From NCBI GenBank assembly GCA_004556345.1, contig SFHQ01000008.1, positions 16,540 to 80,539 on the forward strand: a stretch of DNA of 64,000 nucleotides. Direction: 5' to 3'. Shown here one piece after another: positions 57,501-64,000 of this stretch. The stretch's first letter is position 1; each line of letters begins with the position of its first letter. This DNA comes from Clostridiales bacterium (GTDB lineage Bacteria; Bacillota; Clostridia; Oscillospirales; Oscillospiraceae). Under the pieces are notes generated by a model. That model had not been told where the DNA came from, did no database searches, and saw only the letters and a list, made by a program, of their open reading frames with translations. The position numbers and the translations under genes were made by a program.

Positions 57501-57705
57501 CCCCGCTGAAGATCACGTCCTCCATCTTGTCCCCCCGCAGGGTCCGGGCAGACTGCTCCCCCAGCACCCAGCAAATGGCATCGGAGAGATTGGACTTGCC
57601 GCTGCCGTTGGGGCCGACAATGGCGGTGACGGGATGGTCAAAGGTGAGCACGGTGTGGTCCGGGAAGGATTTGAAGCCCTGCAATTCCAATGTACGCAGA
57701 CGCAA
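54586..57705 (-). CDS. smc: Chromosome segregation protein SMC (1039 aa, shortened)
   Basis: TTG 57705 after GAGGGGG; GFKSF, GPNGSGKSN, EEAAGI, hinge VTLDGE..GGAMTGG, LSGGE, DEIEAALD; upstream of ftsY. Confidence 0.92.
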   Translation of the reverse strand: MRLRTLELQGFKSFPDHTVLTFDHPVTAIVGPNGSGKSNLSDAICWVLGEQSARTLRGDKMEDVIFSGAQLRQRLGAAQVTLRLEDETGGEMAVTRRYYRSGESEYLLNGKTVRLRDVHERFMDTGLGQEGYALIGQGKIDAILSAKSTQRREIFEEAAGISHCRHQKEETQRKLERTQENLTRVADKLEELDLQRGPLKAQAEQAQTFLALREKLRTLEISLWMDQLDKQRAQHRKLQADRAAAQASLAACTQETDRLYAESERLLHDLRDQEAQGERLRQRLQAVRQQAEESRQALALLRERLRTGDETARRLRDELAQQEARTAHLQEEQTRQEDRLAQLQKQERKRAEAIAQTEERLARTRTQARQAQTAWQETLRREREALADRHREEQAAEEAWMACRLEAHTLAARQKLLGDLASQLEGYARGVKTAMTAAQRGELTGVLGPVGQLFHVESRYTVALETALGGAMQDLLVEDEQAGKAVLRLVKRRDGGRVTCRPLTALRPNPLREEGLEQAPGFLAVAAELVDCDERVRPAAQNLLGRTVVVDDLDHGTALAKARRYRFPVVTLDGEILRPGGAMTGGSVSRRGGILSRGAEEAALREKLAQAQERLTEAQHTLEHARQARQLAAQTLDRRQANGPDETIEWTRRQQAQEEDLRAQREEWATLQGTLTAFAPLLAQLRQQLDTADRDRQRQEEALALSARQKEVWTAEIHQLETALDELDQQAERLTAQADQATQDKFALEKRRADTDRAARTQNELQLKLQREAGAAEQKVLQAGAEENRLLDRLWDTYGVTHQGAQAIRQDIPDASQAQRQCGRLRDDIAALGNVNLGAVEEFQRVEERWQYLTDQKNDVETARQALEGVIDGITQEMDQRFRTEFAKIRTAFAETFARLFGGGKGMLALEDERDALHCGIDIQAQPPGKRQRSISLLSGGERALVAIALYFAILRVRPTPFCVMDEIEAALDEANGARFTRYLRTMAHETQFLLITHRRETMEAADVLYGVTMERQGVSRVLKLDLDQAERLLGTEHR

Positions 57706-57951
57706 AGCGGCTTCCCCCTCCCGTGCATCGGTGTCTTTGGTCACGGCTTTTCCGCCCCTTGGGCAGAAAAGAGCATGATTCATTTTATTATAGCAACTCC
57801 CACCGTGTTTTGCAACGGGTAATCTTCCCCTCTCCCACGATAGGAAAGGGGAAGATATCCCAACTACAGTTTGATGGACGTTCTCTTTTATGCTATGATA
57901 GATCGTATCAAAACAAGGAAGTAGGCGAAGTGTTTGACCGTGACAGAAACG

Positions 57952-58761
57952 ATGGACCAAAAACAGCAGGAGGACTTGGCACGCTTACGCCAGCTACGGC
58001 TGATAGACGATGATTTTTTCTCCAAATGCTTTGACAATGACACCGCGTGCGTTCAGCTGGTCCTGCAGATCGTGCTGGACAAACCAGACCTGAACGTAGT
58101 CGATGTGCGAACGCAGGTCTTCGTGGAAAATTTGCTCAACCGTTCCGTCCGCCTGGACGTTCTGGCGACCGACAGCGAAGGGCGAAAATTCAACATCGAA
58201 ATTCAGCGCTCGGACAAAGGCGCAGGCCGAAAACGGGCGCGGTATAACAGCAGCATGATGGACGTGAATCTGCTGGAAAAGGGCAATGACTTCGAGGCGC
58301 TGCCAGAAACCTATGTCATCTTCATCACAGAGAATGATGTGATCGGCCTGGGGGAAGCTATCTATGAGATCGAGCGTTGCTTTGTCAAAAGCGGCAAACG
58401 GTTTGGGGATGGTTCGCATATCCTCTATGTGAACGGGTCCTATCGGGACGATTCCCCCGTCGGAAAGCTCATGCATGATTTTTCCTGTACAGACCCCTCG
58501 GATATGTGTTACAATGTACTTGTAGACCGGGCAAGATTCTTCAAAGAAAGTAAGGAGGGCATCGCAGTTATGTGCAAAGTTCTAGATGACATGAGACGAC
58601 AGTCTTATCAAGAAGGCATGGCAGAGGGCAAGAACAAAAACAGAAAAGAAACTGCTCTGAACCTTCTGAAATTAGGAACGATCTCGCTGGACGACATCTC
58701 CTTCGCAACAGGGCTTTCCCTGGACGAAGTAAAAAAACTGAACGAAGACAAACCTGCATAA
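57952..58761 (+). CDS. Rpn / PD-(D/E)XK_2 family nuclease (putative transposase)
   Basis: DDDFF, VRLDV, NIEIQ, KRARYNSS, YVIFIT, C-terminal ISFATGLSLDEV; lower GC; start may be 57934 or 57940. Confidence 0.85.
   Translation: MDQKQQEDLARLRQLRLIDDDFFSKCFDNDTACVQLVLQIVLDKPDLNVVDVRTQVFVENLLNRSVRLDVLATDSEGRKFNIEIQRSDKGAGRKRARYNSSMMDVNLLEKGNDFEALPETYVIFITENDVIGLGEAIYEIERCFVKSGKRFGDGSHILYVNGSYRDDSPVGKLMHDFSCTDPSDMCYNVLVDRARFFKESKEGIAVMCKVLDDMRRQSYQEGMAEGKNKNRKETALNLLKLGTISLDDISFATGLSLDEVKKLNEDKPA
58570..58761 (+). CDS. Candidate separately translated C-terminal fragment (RpnS-like, 63 aa)
   Basis: In-frame ATG 58570 preceded by AAGGAGG (58552-58558) and TGtTACAAT (58507-58515). Confidence 0.55.
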   Translation: MCKVLDDMRRQSYQEGMAEGKNKNRKETALNLLKLGTISLDDISFATGLSLDEVKKLNEDKPA

Positions 58762-58762
58762 C

Positions 58763-58822
58763 GCAGCAAAGTAAGAGGACCGCCGATGGGATAAACCAAC
58801 GGCGGTCCTCTTACTTTGCTGC
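58763..58822. terminator. Long perfect inverted repeat (23-bp stem), probable bidirectional terminator
   Basis: gcagcaaagtaagaggaccgccg / cggcggtcctcttactttgctgc between convergent genes. Confidence 0.75.
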
Positions 58823-58864
58823 TTATGTATGCTTACCCGGAGGTCTTCGGGCAACGTACTGTCA

Positions 58865-60067
58865 TTATTCCAGGATAAAATCGTCCTCGTCCTGATAGGT
58901 GTCGTTCTTGGTGCCGAAGAGACCCAGGATGGCGCCGCAGACGCGGCCCAGGACCAGGCCCACCACCACGGTGGCGATCACAGCGCCCAGCTGGACGCCC
59001 ACGTTGCCGGTGATGGCGATGCCGAACAGGCCGCCCAGCAGGCCGGGCATGCCGTGCAGGTTATGCACGCCGCAGGTATCGGTGCCGCGGATGAGCTTGC
59101 AGACCTTGGGGGCGATGACGGAGAAGCCCAGGGTGCTCAGGGTACCGGCGCAGATGCCGATGACCATGGAGAAGCCGGGGTTGGCGGTGGAGCAGGTGGA
59201 GCCGATGCACACGCCGCCGGCCAGGGCTGCGTTGGCGATGTCCTCGATGTCGATCTTCCCGCGGATGAGCTTGGTGAAGACATAGGTGGCCAGGGTGGAG
59301 CCGCACAGGGCCAGGACGGTGTTCAGGACCGTCAGGTAAGCGTGGTCGGGGGAAACGACGGCGCTGGTGAAGGAGGGCCAGAACAGCCACAGGATCATGC
59401 TGCCCAGCAGGCAGAACTCGTTGCTGACCTTGGTGCTCTGGGGGGCGGGCTTGCCCTGGAACTTCTTGTCGGTGGTGGCCACAACGCCCAGGCCGAAGTA
59501 AGCGCCGAAGGCGTGGATGGCGACGGACCCGCCGGTATCCAGGAAGCCCTTGAAGAGACCGCTCTCCAGCAGCAGCCACTCGTTGAAGATATAAGCGATG
59601 GTGAACAGGATGGCCAGCACGAAATACTGGTCCATCTTCAGCCGACCCAGCACCGCGCCCATGCAGATGAGCAGGCTGGCGGCGGCAAACTCGGCAAACA
59701 GGAAGCCGGTGATGTTCATCGCGTCGTACTCGCCGGGCATAAAGCACTTGACGAGCATGTAGACGGGGATGGCAATGCTCACGGCCAGGAAGGTGGCGGT
59801 CAGGGAGGTGAACTCGTGGCCGTGCAGGAAGGCCATCAGGAAGCCGAAGCCCACCAGCAGCATGGCCAGAATGTGGATGGAACGGGCGTAGCTGATGGAA
59901 TCAAAAATGGTGCGGGTCGCCCCGTCCAGGCTCTCGGTGTCGATGGGGGCGATGGCGTTCAGGCCCTCAGCAACATTTTGGTTGACGGACGGGAAGAACG
60001 CCACTGCCATCGCCACAGTGATGAGCAGGAAGACGATCAACAGCCCGACATTTCGGTTGCCTCGCAT
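58865..60067 (-). CDS. Ammonium transporter of the Rh (Rh50) type
   Basis: IHILAMLLVGFGFLM, AEFAAAS..MGAVLGR, DTGGS..IHAFGAYFG, LWLFWPSF, ANAALAGGV, DTCGVHNLHGMPG. Confidence 0.88.
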   Translation of the reverse strand: MRGNRNVGLLIVFLLITVAMAVAFFPSVNQNVAEGLNAIAPIDTESLDGATRTIFDSISYARSIHILAMLLVGFGFLMAFLHGHEFTSLTATFLAVSIAIPVYMLVKCFMPGEYDAMNITGFLFAEFAAASLLICMGAVLGRLKMDQYFVLAILFTIAYIFNEWLLLESGLFKGFLDTGGSVAIHAFGAYFGLGVVATTDKKFQGKPAPQSTKVSNEFCLLGSMILWLFWPSFTSAVVSPDHAYLTVLNTVLALCGSTLATYVFTKLIRGKIDIEDIANAALAGGVCIGSTCSTANPGFSMVIGICAGTLSTLGFSVIAPKVCKLIRGTDTCGVHNLHGMPGLLGGLFGIAITGNVGVQLGAVIATVVVGLVLGRVCGAILGLFGTKNDTYQDEDDFILE

Positions 60068-60139
60068 AATTTCTAACACTTCTCTCTCAAAAAACGTCGC
60101 AAGGGACCGGGGCTGATTCCGGTCCCTTGCGCGGCCTTC

Positions 60140-60168
60140 AATGTACCATGTTTTATTTTCTTTGTCAA
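60140..60168 (-). promoter_or_regulatory. Sigma-A promoter of the Rh-type transporter
   Basis: Minus strand TTGACA-17 bp-TACATT with an extended TG. Confidence 0.6.
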
Positions 60169-60236
60169 CTATTTCAGTCGAAATTTTTGCGAGAAAAGAG
60201 AAATTTTTTGGAGACTTTGCCGAGGCTTCGGCTTTT

Positions 60237-62669
60237 TCAGCCGCCCAGCACCTCCTGGGCGTAGTGGACCGTCTCCATGGCGTCGGCGGCGTAGTGGTCG
60301 GCTTTGATCTCGTCGGCGTAGTCCTGGGTGATGACGGCCCCGCCGACCACGACCTTGCAGTCCAGCCCCGCCTCGTGCAGGGCCTGGATGGTCTCCTTCA
60401 TGTAGGGGGCCGTGGTCGTCATCAGGGCAGACAGGCCCACCAGGGGGATCTTCTGCGCCCGAACGGCCTCCACAATGGCCTCCGGCGGCACGTCCTTGCC
60501 CAGGTCCAGCACCCGGAAGCGGTAGCTCTCCAGCAGGACCTTCACGATGTTCTTGCCGATGTCGTGAATGTCCCCCTTCACCGTGGCCAGCACGATCTGG
60601 GGGGCACCGTGGCTCTCCGTGGCGGGCAGATACTCCTTCAGGACCTGGAAGGCCTCCTTCGCCGCCTCGGCGCTCATGAGCAGCTGGGGCAGGAAGAGCT
60701 TGCCCTTCTCAAAGGCCTTGCCCACCTCGTCCAGGGCGGGGACCAGCTCGCCGTTGATGATGTCGAGAATTTCTCTCCCACCCTCGGCCAGTTCTTTCGC
60801 CTGGGCCGCCGCCGCTTCTTTGAGGCCCTTGCAGACGGAGTAGTTCAGGGTGTTCTCCGCCTTGGGGGGCGCGGCGGGCGCACGCCCCTCCGCCGGGGCG
60901 GCGGCAGGGGCAGCCTTGGCGGGGGCGGGGGCGGCCTCCTTCAGGTTCTCCATGTAGGTCATGTACTCCTGGCACTGGTCGTCCAGCCCCAGCAGAGCGC
61001 GGTAAGATTTGAAGGCCCCCATCATCGCCGCGCTCATGGGGTTGATGATGGCCCCGTCCAAGCCCTGATACAGGGCCATGGTAAAGAACGCCTGGTTCAG
61101 ATGGTCTCGCTTGGGCAGGCCGAAGGAGACGTTGGACACGCCCAGGGCCGTCTTGACCCCTAGCTTCTTCGCCCCGGCCAGGGTGGCCAGGGTGACTTTT
61201 GCGTTCTCGCCCCCGGCGCTCACAGGCATGGTCAGGCCGTCCACCAGCAGCTCCCGGCGGGGGATGCCCAGGGCCTCGGCCCGGGCAATGATCTTCTCGG
61301 CGATGGCCACACGCCCCTCCGCCGTGGCGGGGATGCCGTTGTCGTCCAGCGCCAGGCAGACCAGACCGCCGCCGTACTTCTTCACCAGGGGTAAAATGGC
61401 GCTCAGGCTCTCTTCCTTGCCGTTGACGGAATTGATGAGGGGCTTGCCGTTGTACCGGCGCAAGGCCCGCTCCATGGCTTCGGGATTGGACGTGTCCAGC
61501 TGGAGGGGCAGACCCGTGACCTCCTGAATGGCCTCCACCATCTTGGTCAGCACGGCCGGCTCGTCCAGGCCGGGCAGGCCCACGTTCACGTCCAGGATGT
61601 GCGCCCCGGCCTCCTCCTGCTTAAAGGCTTCGTTGAGGACATAGCCGGTGTCCCCCTCCCGCAGGGCGGCCTGGAGCTTCTTCTTGCCGGTGGGGTTGAT
61701 GCGCTCGCCGATGATGACGGGGTCCTTACCGTCCAGGGCCACGGCCTGGCAATAGGACGTAATGAACATCGTGTCCTTCTGCGTCACTTCGGGCAGGGGC
61801 AGATCTTTTGTCGCGTCGATGAGGGCCTTGATGTGCGCCGGGGTCGTGCCGCAGCAGCCGCCCAGAATGGTCGCCATGGGGGCCAGGGGCAGCATCTCCG
61901 CCGCGTACTCCTCCGGGCTGACATCATAGACAGCTTTCCCGTCCACGCTGTGGGGCAAGCCCGCGTTGGGCTGCAACAGCAGCGGCGTGGAGGCATCCTC
62001 CCACAGGGCCTCAAAGGTCGGGGCCATCTCCTTGGGCCCCAGGCCGCAGTTGATGCCCAGCACATCCACGCCCAGGCCTTCCAGCAGGCCCACCGCCGCG
62101 CGGGGGGAGCCGCCGGTGAGCAGCTTGCCCGTGGCGTCAAAGATGAGGCTGGCTAAAATCGGCAGGTCGCAGTTTTCCTTCGCGGCCAGCACGGCGGCCT
62201 TCATCTCGTACAGGTCGCTCATGGTCTCGATGAGGATGCAGTCCGCCCCGGCCTTGGCCGCGGCCCGGACCGTCTCGGCAAAGAGGGTCACGGCGTCCTC
62301 AAAGTCCAGGTCGCCATAGGGCCGCAGGAGCTTGCCGGAGGGACCCAGGTCGGCGCAGACGTAGGCGTCCTCCACCCCGGCCTGCTGCATGGCCTGCCGC
62401 ACGTTGGCAACAGCGGCGGCCATGACCTCGTCCACCGTCACGCCGTAGGGCGCCAGCTTGGGGGCGCTGGTGCCGAAGGTGTTCGTGGTGATCAGTCTGG
62501 CCCCGGCTTCCAGATAGGCCCGGTGGACCCCCTGGACGGCGGCGGGGTTCTGCATCCCCCACACGTCGGGGAGCAGGCCCTCCGGCAGTCCCGCCGCCTG
62601 GAGCATACTCCCCATGCCGCCATCCAGATAGAGGCGGCGTTCTTTCATTGCTTGCAGCAGTGGTTTCAT
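60237..62669 (-). CDS. metH: Cobalamin-dependent methionine synthase core (Hcy-, pterin- and B12-binding domains; no activation domain)
   Basis: LDGGMG, TNTFG, GINC, GGCCGTTP, IGERIN, LDVN, GVSNVSFG, GDIHDIGKNIV, GLSAL; RBS AAAGGGGAG. Confidence 0.92.
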   Translation of the reverse strand: MKPLLQAMKERRLYLDGGMGSMLQAAGLPEGLLPDVWGMQNPAAVQGVHRAYLEAGARLITTNTFGTSAPKLAPYGVTVDEVMAAAVANVRQAMQQAGVEDAYVCADLGPSGKLLRPYGDLDFEDAVTLFAETVRAAAKAGADCILIETMSDLYEMKAAVLAAKENCDLPILASLIFDATGKLLTGGSPRAAVGLLEGLGVDVLGINCGLGPKEMAPTFEALWEDASTPLLLQPNAGLPHSVDGKAVYDVSPEEYAAEMLPLAPMATILGGCCGTTPAHIKALIDATKDLPLPEVTQKDTMFITSYCQAVALDGKDPVIIGERINPTGKKKLQAALREGDTGYVLNEAFKQEEAGAHILDVNVGLPGLDEPAVLTKMVEAIQEVTGLPLQLDTSNPEAMERALRRYNGKPLINSVNGKEESLSAILPLVKKYGGGLVCLALDDNGIPATAEGRVAIAEKIIARAEALGIPRRELLVDGLTMPVSAGGENAKVTLATLAGAKKLGVKTALGVSNVSFGLPKRDHLNQAFFTMALYQGLDGAIINPMSAAMMGAFKSYRALLGLDDQCQEYMTYMENLKEAAPAPAKAAPAAAPAEGRAPAAPPKAENTLNYSVCKGLKEAAAAQAKELAEGGREILDIINGELVPALDEVGKAFEKGKLFLPQLLMSAEAAKEAFQVLKEYLPATESHGAPQIVLATVKGDIHDIGKNIVKVLLESYRFRVLDLGKDVPPEAIVEAVRAQKIPLVGLSALMTTTAPYMKETIQALHEAGLDCKVVVGGAVITQDYADEIKADHYAADAMETVHYAQEVLGG

Positions 62670-62740
62670 TGGGCAACTCCCCTTTTCCATCTTCTTTTGT
62701 TCCATATTCTTTTCATTTCTTTTCCAAGTTTGATTGGGCC

Positions 62741-63367
62741 TTAGTTCGCCTCCGCTGGGGCGCAGCGGAAGGCGCAGTTTTTCTTTTGGCATCGCATACA
62801 CTTCTGCCCGCAGGACTCCTCCTGCCGGTCGCTGAGGCCGACCAGGGCCGTGATGGATTTCTCCGGCACCAGCATCCCCCCCGCCGTGAGGGTCAGGCCG
62901 ATGCGCTTGGGGGCCTGGAGCAGGTCCAGCACCTGCCGCTGGGCCGCCAGGTCCCAGTCCCCGTAGCCGGGGCTGAAGGCGGGGGTGAGATACTGCCCCT
63001 CGTCCAGGGTCGGTAAAAAGCTGTCGCAGTAGTCCGCGCACAGCTGGTCCAGCCACACCGCGCACACCGCCTGCCCCACGGCGGCCTTGGCCATGGACTG
63101 GGCGCTCCACCGGCGCAGGAGCCGGTCGGTCTCCGCCCCCAGGGTCACGGCAAATAAAATGCCCTCGGTGCAGTGGCGCAGGTGGTGGTCCAGGTCCCGG
63201 CTCTGTCCCGCAAACAGAGAAAGGGACAGCCGCCGCCCCAGGGTCCGGGGGGTGACTGTCCCTTCCAGCTCCCGCTGGCAGTCAGCGGCCAAGGCAGCGG
63301 CCTCCGGCCACAGGTCGGCCCCCCGGCTGCCCAGATAGCGGGCGATCTCTTTGGAATCTAAGTTCAT
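62741..63367 (-). CDS. Stand-alone methionine synthase activation (reactivation) domain
   Basis: FAVTLG, FSPGYGD, IGLTLT, PEKSITA, C-terminal CxxCxxxxC. Confidence 0.88.
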   Translation of the reverse strand: MNLDSKEIARYLGSRGADLWPEAAALAADCQRELEGTVTPRTLGRRLSLSLFAGQSRDLDHHLRHCTEGILFAVTLGAETDRLLRRWSAQSMAKAAVGQAVCAVWLDQLCADYCDSFLPTLDEGQYLTPAFSPGYGDWDLAAQRQVLDLLQAPKRIGLTLTAGGMLVPEKSITALVGLSDRQEESCGQKCMRCQKKNCAFRCAPAEAN

Positions 63368-64000
63368 CCGCGTCCCAGGACCTTGGACAAGTTCTCCGCG
63401 ATGCCGGCGGCCACATCGGGCTTGTTCATGGTGTAGACGTGGACGCCCCGCACGCCGTTGGCGACGAGGTCCACCATCTGCTCGGCGGCATAGACAATGC
63501 CCGCCTGCTTCATGGCGTCGGGCCGCTCGCGGAAACGGTCCAGGATCATGCGGAAGCGGTTGGGCAGGGTGGTCCCGGACAGAGTCAGGATGCGGGTCAT
63601 CTGTGCCGCGTTGGTCACGGGCATGATGCCGGCTAAGATCGGCACGTTGATGCCCACCTCCTGGGCCCGGTACAGGAAGCTGTACAGGGCGCTGTTGTCA
63701 AAGAACATCTGGGTGGTCAGAAAATCGACGCCGCAGTCCACCTTTTCCTTCAGGTGGCGCAGGTCCTCGGCCTGGCTCAGGCACTCCACGTGCCCCTCCG
63801 GGTAGCAGGCCCCGCCGATGCAGAAGCCTCCGTAGGCGGTAATTTCTTTCACCAGCTCGTAGGCATAGCGGAAGTCGCGGGGGGCGGCGGGGTCATACCC
63901 CTCCGGGTAGTCGCCCCGCAGGGCCAGGATGTTCTCGATGCCCGCTTCCTTCAGCGCGTCCAGCTCGTGGTGGATGCGCTCCCGGTCGGAGGAGACACAG
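63364..64000 (-). CDS. metF: 5,10-methylenetetrahydrofolate reductase (5' end outside the window)
   Basis: NILALRGD, ACYPEGH, KEKVDCG, TQMFFD, GIMP, HVYTMN. Confidence 0.93.
   Translation of the reverse strand, partial: CVSSDRERIHHELDALKEAGIENILALRGDYPEGYDPAAPRDFRYAYELVKEITAYGGFCIGGACYPEGHVECLSQAEDLRHLKEKVDCGVDFLTTQMFFDNSALYSFLYRAQEVGINVPILAGIMPVTNAAQMTRILTLSGTTLPNRFRMILDRFRERPDAMKQAGIVYAAEQMVDLVANGVRGVHVYTMNKPDVAAGIAENLSKVLGRG

Noticed and set aside
57706..57960. N-terminal extensions predicted by the ORF track for smc, and likewise for metH, yqeG, rph and others
   Set aside because: RBS-supported downstream starts match the family N-termini; the extensions run through promoters or neighbouring genes.
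57934..58822. Intact insertion sequence around the PD-(D/E)XK gene
   Set aside because: No terminal inverted repeats or target duplication seen; the flanking hairpins (57822-57858, 58763-58822) are unrelated to each other.
47..64000. Many long antisense or alternate-frame ORFs (e.g. 47..1639+, 18255..19856+, 36641..38881-, 46289..48703+, 49117..50958+)
   Set aside because: They are shadows of GC-rich genes with strong third-position bias; no RBS or recognisable motifs.

Overview
GC-rich chromosomal segment from an anaerobic Firmicute. Gene content and style suggest Clostridia, probably Oscillospiraceae-like (inference). Core genes dominate the right half: trkA-trkH-trkH, hppA, a Zn/Mn ABC transporter, efp, rpsU, leuS, rsfS, an LCP protein, nadD-yqeK, yhbY, rdgB, rph, ftsY, smc and a split metF/metH locus. 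The left half is more accessory: a VTC-DUF4956-CotH operon with a divergent two-component system, an amino-acid ABC transporter, dap genes interrupted by an orphan lantibiotic-immunity-type ABC/TCS island, and several transporters. No rRNA, tRNA, CRISPR array or intact IS transposase was recognised. Most notable observations: (1) a GTAG-type REP family with 11 full copies, six of which form three 105-bp REPIN doublets separating small antitoxin/regulator genes like a cassette array, with a toxin gene truncated at one REPIN and one REP translated inside a histidine kinase; (2) a naturally circularly permuted family-3 solute-binding protein behind a HisR-like operator; (3) a second family of large palindromic elements bracketing an XRE/hypothetical gene pair; (4) a candidate riboswitch-like leader and two candidate sRNAs; (5) an Rpn nuclease with an internal promoter and RBS for a C-terminal RpnS-like product; (6) an Rh-type ammonium transporter, a short-armed SMC, several apparent pseudoenzymes and two small deletions in core genes. 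Family assignments come from motif recognition by eye, not from database searches.
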